Assembly: GCA_002269645.1 (NCBI GenBank)
Contig: NIVC01000142.1
Coordinates: 248,001-312,000 of the forward strand
DNA length: 64,000 bases
Reading direction: 5' to 3'
Source: Macrostomum lignano
Taxonomy: Eukaryota
Positions 45,894 through 59,181 of this stretch are shown here, in pieces. The notes below the pieces were generated by a model that was not told where the DNA came from, did not search any database, and saw only the letters and a list, made by a program, of their open reading frames with translations. The first letter of the stretch is position 1. Every line of letters starts with the position of its first letter. A program made the translations under genes and the position numbers.

Positions 45894-48800
45894 TTAGTTC
45901 ATTATAACTCCACTGACAGTTTGAGTTGGAGCACTGCCATCCGCGCTGTTACTCGATGCATCCGCCTCTGTTTGTGGCATCCTAAAGATGGCCAGGCGGC
46001 GTTTCAAGTCGTAACTGAACAACGCCACCACTGCACCGTTGGTTGACCGGACGAAGAACACGTCTGTGTGCGCCACGAACTTGGCGCTCTCTCGACCGGA
46101 GCGCCAGACGCGCAGAGTCTGATCACGGGATCCGCTGATCACCGGGCTGGCCAGGTCGGTAAAGTGGCAGCAGCGGATCTGGGGTAATTGTGCCGGGTAA
46201 AATACTCCATTTTGGATTCGACTCATTGGAATCAGCAAGTCGTCATAAAGCTCTCACCAAATCCGTGTGCCCAGCGAGGACCTGCAGGCAGCTGTAGTCT
46301 TTGAGAGACCAGATTTTTAGCAGGCTGTCCAGCCCGCACGAGGCGAAGGCGTCGCCAGTCCTGTTGACTTTCAGTGCTACAATCTCGTGCTCGTGTGCTG
46401 ACTTGATGATGGTCACGTGATGGAAGCGCAGTACGGAACCCTCGGACTCAACGCGTTGTCGAGCCTCCAGACGCGACATTTCCGGTACTGCAAACTCAAC
46501 GTCCGCTGGCTGCAGGTGCAACAATTTTTAAAGAGTTTCTAAGGTTCTAAAATGCTCTTGCGAAAAATTACGAAGCTTAGAGAGTTTTGAGATTCAACAC
46601 GTTTGCTAAGGTCTTATAGGTCATAAGGTACTAAAGGTCCCGAAGGTCCTGAAGGGAAAGCTTTACTTAATTCTTGGTCGAAGGATCAAGAAAATCTAAT
46701 AGAAGGATGCGAAAATCACTAAGCAGCTATACATAAATTAGTCGGACGGAAGCTCAGGCTATTGCTGAAGAGCTCAGACTAACGAGATCTAAAATACCTC
46801 AGAATGAATCAATATGCACCAGGACCAATCTCACCTTCCACAGGCAGATGGAGCCATAGACTAGTCCGAAGATTGCCAGCGATTCGCCAGTGAACACAAC
46901 GCTCTCCTTGCGTGTCAGCACCTTTGATTGAGGCCCAACGGTTTTGCAACGCTGACAGCTTCGACTGCACCGTTTGTAGCCTCTGGCTGCTCCTCGAGAG
47001 ACCAGACGCTGATAAAGATTCGAGGATTGACTCCGATAGCGTGTCGCGAGTCTGGCGTGAAGATAAGATGCACAGGTGTCTTATCAATGCGAACGGAGCG
47101 CAAGTAGGCCAGGCTGGCAATGTCGTACAGGTGACAGTCGCATCCACCTGTCGCATTGTCGCTGCGCACGATCACCAGGCGCCGGGTGGCGCGAACCCGA
47201 GTGCCGCTGTGGCGCAGGGTGCAAATTTGGCGCCGTTTTATCATGTGAAATATGCGGATCTGGGGCCGCTCCCAGGAGCTGGAGTGGACCAGGTAAGCGG
47301 CGTAGCTATGCGATGGAATTATTCGCACCTGCAAGAGAGCATGGGTGGAAGTTTCAGCGGTTGAGATTAGATATTGCGTTAGTACTTGGTGAAACAGATT
47401 GAACCAGGCATTAAAATCAAACTTGCTGACCAGGCAAACCTTTGTGATAAGAGACAGGAAAACGTAACTGACCAGACAGAAGTTACCTTACAGACAAGAA
47501 AATGAAAAAGAAGCCTTACAGTGCACCTTTGTACCCTTAACTAACTCGCACCTTTCCAATCCGCATATCCTCTGCTTCAGACGGATCAAACAGCTCGGCG
47601 TGTCCAGTAACTTCGGCAGAATGCTCGGACACTGACCAGTAGGCGGCCACGTTCCGGTCCAAATAGAACAGCACCAGCTGGCCGTGTGAGAGCACATGAG
47701 CAGTGATGACCCGCTTGCGCAACAGGTGAAATCCAGTCGACAGATCGTCCAAATCGCAGCGGATGCCAATCTGAGGCGACTGCGGTCGGCCCTGAACAAT
47801 AAAATGCGTAAGGTTACAAATAAGGTTACTTTTTGAGCCTGAATGTAATCAATAAATGAAGGCATCAGTCAAATATCCAATGGGAGTCCAAGAGAAAGGG
47901 ACCTAAGTAGGATCTCTCGGCGTTTCTAGTTGGCAAGGCCGACAAGAGATCGTTCACCGGAGCCTTACTTCGGGTTTCATTTTATCGCTTAAGTTGGGAT
48001 CCCCTTTCAAGTTAACGGCGAGAATTAGCGCCGAAATGCCTCGTCATCTAATAGTAACCTGTTTCAGCTCGAGGCCCTCCCTGTACAGGCTGTACATTGT
48101 CCCACCGGTGGACGAGGCCGACCAATTAGGAAACGCCTTGGTCAAATTCCACACCCGGAGCTGCTCGTCAGCCGACGTGGTGTACAGCCAGCGGCCATCA
48201 ACGGCCAGTCCGGTGACCAGGCGGGTGTGGTGGGCGTTGATGAAGAGCAGCCGGCGCAGAGTCCGAGCGCACCAGGCCTCAACCTGGCCGTGCGACACGT
48301 AGCCTATGAAAACAACAGTCTCGGCGGCGGCAACACGCATGCTGGACGGCTCTGGAAGGTCGCTGACAAACCCGATGAACAGCGGCAGCGGGCTGACGTC
48401 GGGCGGGCAAGACAGCAGGTCGCGTAAGTAGGCGATGCGGACAAGGCAGCGCTTTGCCTGTCAGGCAGGTGCGGGTGATATTATTAGCTACTACTTCGAG
48501 TAAAAAGTTAAGCGTGGTCGCGTGGGTAAGATCGGAACTACGAGCATGCGAAAGTATTAAAGTAATTTATGTTGTCTAAACAGATTTTTTCGCGGAATAA
48601 ATTGCATCAAAAATCTCTTTAAAATACACTGAAGAAATACGAGTAGGAAGAGCTGTATTTTTGTACGGCTCCCACCAGACACATGCTGGTTTCAAATAGT
48701 CATCCGAAGGAAAAAAGACAAGAAATTGCGTCAAGAACAGAAAAGCCCCGATTTCGCCAATAAATTTTCAAGCAAGGCTTTGAAATAAAATTCAGTAGTC

Positions 48801-51800
48801 ACTCTTAGAGTATTAAGATCTTTTACAAGCAGTTGGTCCTTGATCACGGGAAAGCACAGGTTAAAGCACTGCTTTCTACTTTTAAAGTATGAGAGGAGAC
48901 TCATTTTGGATACGCTTTCGCAATAGTCCATTAAAACGTGACTACTCGTGCAACTGCACCCCAGATTATCGAATCCCGAACCTGAGGATCGTAGCATAGA
49001 CAGACAAGCTTTCTTGGCCCCGTCTCCATGGCAACAATTCGCGTAGACGGCATGTGCAGCTCCACGGGCGCGGAGAACGCGAACTCAATGCTGGCCGGCT
49101 TGGCTTTGCTGCTACTCAGCCGGACAGCCTGCAGGCAGCCGCGGTTGCAGGCGTACAGCGCCGCCGCCGCAGACCGCCGACCGCCGCCAACCACCGAGAA
49201 GCCGCCTCCACCGGGAGCGGGCAGCCAGGAGGTTGGGCAGTTCAGTGAGGGATCACCTTGGCTGCTCTCCATGCCGTCACTGTTCACCTTGAGTAGCTCA
49301 ATTACAGCATCCTGCTGCTGCGACTGCTGCGACCTGCATAACATGATTAAGTCTGGGTGTAACTCAGGCGAAGTCGTTGAATAAAATATACAGAACCTTA
49401 CACTATGGGAAATAAAATAATTTTAAGACGGTATAATCCTAAGGAAAGTTTTAGCACTCGACTAGCCATTAATAGGTGAATATTCCAGCTATGAGAATTA
49501 ATCTCCGCTACATGACAAAAAGTCCAGGTAGTGGAGAAACCCAATGACATGTGTGCATAGCAACCAACAAAGGACTCCCATTTATCGTACATGTTTACAT
49601 AGCAGCCAGAAGGGGAATCCCAGCTACATATGTACATAGCAACTATAATGGAATCCCAGCTATACACTTGTAGTAGACAATCATTCACCTGGCTAGTTGC
49701 TGCTGCAACTGCTGCTGGATCTCCTGCGGCTGCAAGCGCCTAGCAACCAGTGCTAATTCGCCGGCCTCGTCCAAGAAGCAGGCGTCAACCACCTGAGCGC
49801 CGAAGCCGCGCGATCTACGCAAGACGCGACCGCCCCGGAAGCCAAAGTCGGCTGGAAATTTTGTAAAATATGATAATTTAGACGCATACATGAAAGTAGA
49901 TACCAGCTTACTAATAGTAGTTTGCTTTACTTGGCGCTGACGATGAAAATTCGATTATTAAACAGCCGGTCTGCCGGTCGGGGCACAAGTCCGCCTGTCC
50001 CAAGCGCACGATGCACCGTCGGGCGTCGGGACTGAGGGCGCACACGCGGAACGGCTGCTGCTGATGCTGCACACCGACCGTGGATGATGGAGCTGGGGAT
50101 GCTGGGTCTGGAGGCTCCAGCTGTCCGAGATGGGGATGCAAAGAATAAATTGGTTATTTAAGTATATCGGATAATCGGATAAAATTGCTTAAAATACATG
50201 CATCTTGCCCCCAATAGAACAGTTTCTGGACCCGTCCCTCATGCCAAGGCTCATTGCGAATCGCAGAGATCCCAAGGGTATAAAGGACTCCTAAGATACC
50301 GGTGATCATATGGAATTTCTAATGTGCCAATGAACGTAAGGAAATCCTAATGTCCCAATGATCATAGGGAATTCCTAAAGTACAAAGGCTCAAATGGAGT
50401 TGCACAAATTAGCGAGGAATACACTAATATAATAGTGAAATAGCAAAAGTTTTGTTTGTTGGCACTTAATCAAATAAATTACGAGCTACCTCAGCCCAAA
50501 CACATGCTGGCTTTAAACGTATCTTGCCAATATCAAGCTAACGCATTTTGACAAAATTGATGTAATTAGCCCTCGAGCTACCATAGGTCATTTACGCAGG
50601 ACCCTGCTTGGACTCAACCAGGGCGGTATTCATGGCCATGGATGCTTTGCTAGGCTTCGCTACCTCCAGGAATGCCCATTCTGCCTCTCCGATGTTGAGA
50701 ATGCGGAGCACTTCATCTGTGAAGGCCCCGTCTTTACTCAGGATAGGCTCTAGCTTTTCCGACGTTTTCAGGCCCGAGAATCTCTGCCAGCTCGTTCGCT
50801 ACCTAAGGGCTACCGGGTGAGCGACCAACCACTCCCAGGACTCTCCGGAGGTGGCCCGCACTGCGGACACCAGCACCACCGGATCTCCCTACGAGACACT
50901 GCAGAACCAGCTCCCACGGGTCGCCAGAGGTTAGCGGAATGGGCGGCGACGCTTCCTCGCTGCACCCAGATGCCCGGAGCTCCCTGCAGCTGAGTCAAGA
51001 CTATCGGTCATTGATTTACACCATCTGTTCATCGCACTGAACGAGTCTCACCAGCTGCATGGAGTGGACCATGGCGCCCGTCCAGCTGTCCCAGACCCGC
51101 ACACAGCCGGCCACAGTCTGGCACAGGTACCGATCAGCAACCATCGGGCCAACCGAATGCTGCTCAGACTCGCCAGACGAGGTTGCAGTCGTAGTTGCCG
51201 CTGTGAACAAATGATAGACAATCTCGGATCGGTCGAGTTGCCACACCTGGACGGCGCCGCCGGGCGCGCAGACAACGGCGGTGTCGGCGCTGATGCGGAG
51301 CAGACGAGCGACGCCAGGATGAGCGGCGCTCAGCAGCCCGCGTGGCGGCGGCAGACAGGCCATGTGCGGCACGAGCCGGCCAGCTCCGCCAGCCGGGTCT
51401 GTCAGCAGGTAGGCTCGGGCGTCCAGCAGCAGCTGGCGAATGGAGGCGTACCGATCCGACAGCAGGCTGGCGTCAAGGCGGCCAATCAGCTCGACAGCGA
51501 TGGCTGGCGAGTCGTCGCTGGCCACGCTGGCGGCCAGCTTGAGCATGTCCAACACCAAGCGCACCTCTGGGTCGGCCCGGCCCACCGCCTGGGGAATTGG
51601 GGCGGGGTGGGGGCGGCATAAGGTGGCGCGATTGTCTTCAGTGTGTAGGGTAGCGACAAGTCTGGCTTAAAAGGCACTGTATCGCCGCGCCGGCCTGGTC
51701 TGTCCAAGCTCTGCCCACAGTCGACTGCCTGCCGGCTGACACCGGTGGCGCCGCGGATTTGGTCGGCGGCGCGGCCAATGTTTGCGGATAAGCCTTGAGG

Positions 51801-54572
51801 CGTGTGCCATGTGACGCTATTTTCTTTAAAATAACCTTTGTATCATAGTGCGTTATTGTTGTTGAACCGTACATTCAAGGAGCACTACTAGTAATGGTTT
51901 TAGTTTTAAGGCTTACGTTTTTTCGACAGGGAAATTAGGGGTGCATAAATTGCGAAAGCGATTTAAACCATTATTTCTGAGCAAAATGATGATGCAACTG
52001 TACTACTAACTGTATACTACTCACAAATTTGGTACCAAAGCCAGCCAATACAAACCTGAAAGTCGGCCAGCAGAGCCTGATAGCCCAGTCCGCTAGCCTT
52101 GGCCAGAATCCAAGTTAAATTGCATGCAAACCGGCGCTTGTAGTCGGCCAGTCTGTCCGGTTCGGCGGCTGCCCGACCCGGCCGGAGGGCGTCCAGACGA
52201 AGGCGGGGCAGCAGGGCAAGGACCCGCGTGTTGCTAGGCGAAATTGGCTGAGGCGTCACCTGCCGGTCGACGTCTGTCAGCGTCATCGGCGTTTTCAACC
52301 GAGACAGTTTGATCGTTCGACGAACGCCGGTCTCGGCTGAGAACAGGGCAAACAGGCGGTCTGGGAGGCCAGGGTCCGGAGCCACGTACCTGAGCGGCGA
52401 GAGGCACGGCATTGGCTTTTTGAGGGATGCTCAGTCAGCTTAGCGACTCTCATCTGGAGTCCGTAGCTATTGAGCGATTCCTTAGCCATCTGAGCCATTT
52501 CCCAGAGTCCTTAGCCATCTGAGCCATTTCCCAGAGTCCTTAGCCATCTGAGCCATTTCCCAGAGTCCTTAGCCATCTGAGCCATTTCCCAGAGTCCTTA
52601 GCCACTCGATAAACACCAGAGTCCCTCAGCCAGGATCACCTGGAATGCGCCGCCTCCGTGAACTGCCGGTGAAACCAGCCAAACAACGGCCTGCCATGGT
52701 CCTGCCTGACACTGATGTACTCGTCAAGGTCGTACTTGAGCCTCGCCCACATTGTTGGCGGAATGCGAAGAACTCCGGGCACGGGTGGACTGTGAAACTG
52801 ATAGATTTCAACTAGAAGGTCATCCTGGCAGGAAAGGTAATCCTCGAGTTCAACCTCGCTGATGCCGGAGCCCACCTGGCTCAGGTAGGTTAGCGGGCCC
52901 AGGGCCGAACGAACGAACAACTCGCCGTACCTTTGATAACGCGGATTTGAGTGCAATATTTTGTTCACTGTTTTATGGTACTCAGTTTTAATTACCTATT
53001 TTAAAGTCCTTAGAACACTATGGACGCTTACCTGTTCCCCAATCCCTCGAATACGTGCTTTACCAGCACCTGGACCCTCACCTGTTCCCCCAATCCCTCG
53101 AATACGTGCTTTACCAGCACCTGGACCCTCACCTGTTCTCCAATCCCTCGAATACATGCTTCACCAGCACCTGGACCCTCACCTGTTCCCCAATCCCTCG
53201 AATACGTGCTTTACCAGCACCTGGACCCTCACCTGTTCCCCAATCCCTCGAATACGTGCTTCACCAGCACCTGGACTTTCACCTGTTCTCCAATCCCTGG
53301 AATACATGCTTCACCAGCACCTGGACGCAGTCGTCACCGGGTTGGCCCACGGGCAGCCGCGGCTCAGTAAACGACGTCCAGGTGAGCGCCTCGCGCATCA
53401 ACACCTTCAGGTAAATTGGCTTCGGACACATGCCGAACAGGTCCAGCAGATGGCGCTCCTGACTGTCCTGCAGCCGTCGATTTCGTCTCTGGAGTTTCTT
53501 CCGCAGCGCCGCCAGCGCAGTGTCTCTGGGCATGGCTGCCACCAGCTCCAGCAGCTCGCAGTCGGGCGGGAACCGGATCTCGGCGGCCGGTACCGAGGAG
53601 AACACCAGGCGAATGCCGGGCGGGCAGATTCTGGGTAGCCAGGCCAGCGAGTAGGCGCCATCACGGGGGCTAAGCTGGTCCAGTGAGTCCAGCAGCAGCA
53701 GCAGACGCCGACCGCTGCCTGGGGCTAGCGGGCCCTGGCACAGCGAGTTCAGGTACTGAGGGAAGTACCTGGGTTAAAACAAGTGGGTTGTTTTTCGTTT
53801 AGTCATCAAGACAGACAGACATTTAACTATCTTCAATTTAAGGCTTAAGTTCAGTCTTGTCAAGCTAGGAAGATAACGGGATTAATATTCATTAGTGCCC
53901 CGAGATCTCGAACCTGCACAGTAGAATGGAGCTCTCTGTGGCTTCCTCATCCACGGGCAGGCCATAGAGCAGCTGCAGCTGGTCCAGCAGGCTGAGCAGC
54001 AGGTCCCCGATGTGGTAGCTCATAGCCGACGTGCCCAAATAGCGGAACACAACACTGACGCCTTCGCTTGGAGGGCACCACTGCTCAGTTGTCATGGCAA
54101 CGCACTGGGCCAGCAGGGAGGTTTTTCCCATTCCGGAGAGGCCGCGAACAAACAGCGGCCGCTTGGCCACTCCGGGCTCGTCGAGCAGGTAGCGCCTGAG
54201 ACGGGCCAGCTGCTCTTCTTGGCCGCAGAAGGTCTTCACCTTGTTGACGCCTATCCGGTGATGGCTGAGCACCTCTTGAGCCACTGGCGGCTGCCGTCCC
54301 AGCCGGGCGGTCTGCAGCCGGATGAGGCCGCCGACCTCTTCAACGAAAGCGTCGCAGAATCTGCGCCGATAGTCGCCGACGGACCCATCAACGAAGCCGT
54401 CGCGCCAGGCGACTGAGTCGAATCGGCGCGGCTTTCTGTTGCCGAGGGCCGGACTGATCTGCCGGCAGTGGGGTTTGCTTGAAGGTCAGGTGACGCAATA
54501 TGCTGTTTATAATTCTTTCAGACAACACGAACACACTCGAATATTCCTATAGTAAGATAGACAAACAGAAAA

Positions 54573-54627
<55 letters not shown>

Positions 54628-54630
54628 CTA

Positions 54631-54687
<57 letters not shown>

Positions 54688-57123
54688 CACAGACAGACAG
54701 ACAGACCTCATCCTCAACCAGCCGCTCCAGCCTCTCCCGGTCCTCTCGCCGCGGCTCCACAAACCGGTCCAGCATGGGCGGCCACGATTTGGCCACCGAC
54801 GTCTCGCCACCATCAGCCTCGTCGACGTCAACGTTGAGGCGGCGCACGAGGCAGGCGGCGGTGCGCCTGGCCGAGTAACTGTGCACCAGCCCGGCCGACA
54901 CCTCCCGCTCCGTTACAGACTCGCTGTAGGTCGCCAGCCGCTCGGGGGTTAAACGGCCAGCCTGCGTTAAAAATCGAATGAAGTTAATCGATTATTTGAA
55001 ATCTGAGAGCGAAATGTTGCATTTTAATGCTCCAAGCCTAGAATTTCTCATGCTTCGAATAATTCCCCTTGATTCGAATTCCCCATTATTTAAATCCCCC
55101 ATGCATGATTCAAATTCCCAATGATTCGAATTCCTTCGTGCTTTAGACATTCACCAAAGGTCCCGGACTAAAAAAGCATAATTTTTTCACCTAAATATAA
55201 TAACTAAAATTTTTAAAGTCACGAATTCACCTGTGCCAGTCGCTCGGCCGCCTTGGTCAGCAGGCCGCGTAGCCGCTTCGCCACGCCGTCCCAGGCCGCT
55301 CTGGCGGCGTTGCGGCGCTTGACATCGCTGGACAGAAAGTCCGGCAGGCTGTGCACCACCGGCAGCAGGACTCGAGCTGGCGGGCAGCAGTTCTCATCGC
55401 ATTTGTAGTGCCTGGCAATTGGATTGTGGTAAGGTAGATGGATTAGCGTATTTGACAGAATAGCGTCTGAGCTGTAGGTCCTGGGCTCAATTTCTATAGG
55501 TCATGGGCTCGATTTCTATAGGTCATGGGCTCGATTACTATGGGTCCTGGACTCGATTTCTATGGGTCCTGGGCTCGATTGCTAGGGGTCCTGGACTCGA
55601 TTTCTATAGGTCCTGGGCTCTATTTCTATAGGGCCTGGACTCGATTTCTATAGGTCCTGGATTCGATTTCTATAGGTCCTGGATTCGATTTCTATGGGTC
55701 CTGGGCTCAATTTATATAGGGCCTGGACTCGATTTCTATAGGTCCTGGTCTCGATTTCTATAGAGACTGGACTCGATTTCTATAGGTCCTGAACTCGATT
55801 TCTAAAGGTCCTGGATTCGATTTCTATGGGTCCTGGGCTCAATTTCTATAGGGCCTGTGCTCTATTTCTATAGAGCCTGGACTCGATTTCTATAGAGCCT
55901 GGACTCGATTTCTATAGAGCCTGGATTCGATTTCTATAGAGCCTGGACTCGATTTCTATAGAGCCTGGACTCGATTTCTATAGGTCCTGGTCTCGATTTC
56001 TATGGGTGCTGGACTACTCGATTACTATAGGTCCTGGATTCGATTTCTAAAGGTCCTGGATTCGATTTCTAAAGGTCCTGGATTCGATTTCTATGGGTCC
56101 TGGACTCAATTTCTAAAGGTCCTGGATTCGATTTCTGTGGGTCCTGGACTCGATTTCTATAGGGCCTGGATTCTATTTCTATAGGTCCTGGATTCGATTT
56201 CTATGGGTCCTGGATTCGATTTCTGTGGGTCCTGGACTCGATTTTAAGGTCCCCAGGTCAATGTCTGAAAGATCAGATTTCTATAATTGATAGATAAATA
56301 GACTACTCAAATTTAGCAGGCCATAAAATGTAACACTGGACTCAATGCTCCTAGGCCATAGAGACACACCTGTTGACCAGCTCAGCCTCCTCAGGCTCCA
56401 TCTCGCCTAGCAGAGCTTCGAACTCAGCTGACTCAACCGCTTCAGGCGGCCAGCAGCCGCCGCGCCTCTGGCCGATGAAGGCGACAAAAGCCGGTCCGTA
56501 GGAGAACTTCAGGCACTGGCGGACCTCGCGCAGGCACAGCGCCGCAGATGAGTGCTCGTTGACCATCTCCTGGGTGACGCCCCATCGCAGGTCGACGGCC
56601 GAGAAGTCCAGGCCGTGCTTGGCGCATAGAGCCTTCAGCCTGGGAAAACAGTCGACGCTGAGCCAGTTGCGCTCTTCCTTGAAGTCTGGCAATGGCGGTG
56701 GCGGCCGGGTGAACGGCTAAATATGAATTCTATGAAAAATAAATGCAGATTTAGTCTTAATTGCCTACTGACAGTAGAAATATTCGAAATCGATCATCAG
56801 GCCATTGAATCTGATATTTCAAATTTAGGACTGACACGGAATTTTAGAAGTTAGTCAACAAGACCTGTAGATAGCATGATAAAAACATGCAAAATTGCCT
56901 CACCTGAGAAAGTAGAACTAAGAAAAATCTTCACAGCATTGGAAACTGGAACCTGGTGTCTATCTAGATAGCCTCGAAGCAGTTTTTGCAAATCCTCATT
57001 AGATCCAGCCGGATTATCATGACTAAATGACGTTTTGCTACAATGATTAATAGGCTCTAAATAAAAAAACTTCACATTTTTAATTGCTGAAAAGATTAAT
57101 AAATTTAAAACTTACACTTCCAT
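45894..57123 (-). CDS. NACHT- and WD40-repeat protein (NWD1/NWD2-like; DUF4062 - NACHT - WD40), ~18 exons, ~1800 aa, one apparent 1-nt frameshift
   Basis: Exons (minus strand): ~57123-57116 (putative ATG micro-exon, uncertain), ~57038-56904, 56685-56370, 55411-55231, 54961-54707, 54458-53914, 53768-53283, 52930-52640, 52389-52056, 51588-51052, 50120-49931, 49851-49689, 49333-48982, 48457-48059, 47791-47552, 47328-46835, 46509-46258, 46178-45894. Motifs: KIFLSSTFS|DFKEER, VDLRWGV, LCLREV (DUF4062), GLSGMGKTS (Walker A), LLLLLDSLDQL (Walker B), WD repeats (TSADEQLRVWNL, SCGLDSLLKIWSL, SGSRDQTLRVW). Splice phases are consistent except exon 47328-46835, which is one base short. Confidence 0.82.
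50590..51015 (+). mobile_element. 5'-truncated non-LTR retrotransposon (LINE) 3' fragment, antisense within an NWD intron
   Basis: The plus strand reads GHGCFARLRYLQECPFCLSDVENAEHFICEGPVF..R (decayed C-terminal zinc-knuckle region of an RT ORF), then in another frame LVRYLRATG-stop and a 3' UTR-like tail. Confidence 0.65.
52470..52605. repeat. 29-bp tandem repeat (CCTTAGCCATCTGAGCCATTTCCCAGAGT), ~4.5 copies
   Basis: Directly visible, in an NWD intron. Confidence 0.9.
53025..53326 (-). repeat. 50-bp tandem repeat made of an exon 3' end plus its splice donor, 6 copies
   Basis: Unit GTCCAGGTGCTGGT[A/G]AAGCACGTATTCGAGGGATTGG[G/A]GAACAG|GTGAGG; the first copy is the coding end of exon 53768-53283. 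Confidence 0.92.
54570..54706. repeat. (GACA)n / (GTCT)n microsatellite
   Basis: Directly visible; begins at the exon boundary 54707. Confidence 0.95.
55485..56245. repeat. 22-bp minisatellite (GGTCCTGGACTCGATTTCTATA), ~34 copies, NWD intron
   Basis: Directly visible, degenerate. Confidence 0.94.
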
Positions 57124-59181
57124 TTCAGCAACAGTCGAATCTAGTGTTATATAAACTCAGTTCATTACTGAAAAATAAATTAAGAATAATTCAATATTCC
57201 TGAATGGTTATAAAAAAGTAATTGCCTTCAATTTGTGGCAAAAAAATAAATAAGAAGAAACAAAATCCTATCTTTCATTAGAGATGAAAAATTATAAACC
57301 TATTTAACAATACTTAAAATTATACTATAGTTGATTAATGCTAGGAAATAGCTATAAAGCAATAAACTAAACTATGAAACAGACATTTTTGACAATACTA
57401 CAGGCTTGAATAGATTAAATATTAAAACACGAAATGTATTTTTCTCAAAAGAAAAATTAAATATAAAGATATGTTTATCAATTTTTATGACTATATTATA
57501 TAAAGTTTTGGCGTCCTAAAACTAATTTAATCATTACATGCTTGCGACTTTATTGAATTGAAATGAATTTTTCAATTTAGCGTAGGTCTTCTAAACGTAT
57601 CGCAAAAATAGGCGCTAGCGCTAACATGCATACATTCAGCGAGGAGACGACTGATCCAAGGGGTCCAGACCCACGGCGGATGGCATGCATTTAAGCGAAA
57701 ATCAACTTTTTGGTGTCTCAAATCAAAAGGACTAAGAAATATGAATCCTGTTTCATTTTTCATACAAACACTATAATACAAGAACTGAATGGCTGCAGTG
57801 CGAAAGACAGTGAGTAATGATAAATATAGAAAAAGACAGGCATTAAAATCATCCGATTTGACACATACTTTCGTATTATTTGATATGATAAGTGATAACT
57901 AACTGGTAAAATAATCATTATTTCAATAGCACATTTAAATCTGAAAACTGAGGTTTGCGCGTGTGGAGACAATATAAAATTAAATATTAATGCTTTCATT
58001 TTCAGTCGCAACCATTCAACGATTTTCAATTGCATTCTCATTTGTGAGTTTTTATCCAAAATAAAATATATTTAGTAAAAATAGCTTACAGTAAAAGACT
58101 TTGTTAAAACAGGAAAACGTAAAACGCGCAATTCAAGCTGCAGTAAGGCTTGAGCAACCTTGAAACTTTCTTCTGCCGGCAATGGCGGAAGCAGCCTCAG
58201 ATCGAGAATAAAGAATAGTAGATCGTGACAGAATCGACTGTATTATCCGATTTGATGTATTTCAGTGGGACTAAATACATATAATGCTCAGTCAGTCTCC
58301 TGTTGAAGTGCGATGAAGTGCGAGAGATAGACTGACTGACAAAACGCTTCGTGATTTACAAATGTATATATGTATATGAAGTAGAAGGATGCAGATCATG
58401 CTGCAGGCACTCGATGTTCTTAGAAATAAGCTGGAGGACGGATTTATTGCTAGTGCAATTATGCTCTCGAGAAATCTATTTTTTCTAGCGCGGATTTTTC
58501 TAGGCTATGAGAAATCGTAGGCTCGTAAACCTCATTCAGAGTTATACATGTATATGCGTTGTCTAGCTAGAGCATACTTCCGTACGAGACTGAAATGCAC
58601 TGCGCACTGACCGACGACTTAATTTCTTAAAAAATCGAGTTCTGTGGCGTAAATTCTACGTACTAAATTTTTACTCGTCTTCATTAAATAACCATGTTAA
58701 GATTCAATTAACCTGCTCTGCTAAGTGTAGTATACTGTATATATGAAATTACAATTAACCTTTCAGACTTATAATGCACCATGTTCTACACAGAAACCCA
58801 TGGTTCCTTCTGATTGATTTTGGAATAGCGAAAATTGACCCTTTAAAAGCTCACTGACCCCAACAAGTTTACTTGTAACATCTACATGTAGCAATTAATA
58901 GCTCGTACTATGTACATCGTACATGTAAATGCCAAAATAATAAAACATAGAAGCTGTTTTAGAGTTTAATAATTTGAACTACTTCAGATTCTCAACATAC
59001 ATTTCATTAAAATATTAAGCTTATAGTAGCTCCAGTAATATTTATTAATTATTTAAGCAAATAAAGAAGACTCGCTACAAGAGAAAAAAGGATTGAAGAA
59101 CTATTGCAGTATAGCATATTTCAGCCTGACATTGATAGCCTAAGTTATTGAAGGTTCGCGTAGTTTGAGATCGAGAGCGCA

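Noticed and set aside
50608-50998. Extra NWD exon(s) in the GC-rich intronic segment
   Set aside because: The minus frames are interrupted, the flanking exons 51052->50120 already join in phase, and the plus strand matches a LINE RT C-terminus.
51638-51810. GC-rich coding-like stretch in an NWD intron (possible alternative exon)
   Set aside because: A phase-0 acceptor candidate exists, but there is no convincing donor or motif, and it is not needed for the reading frame.
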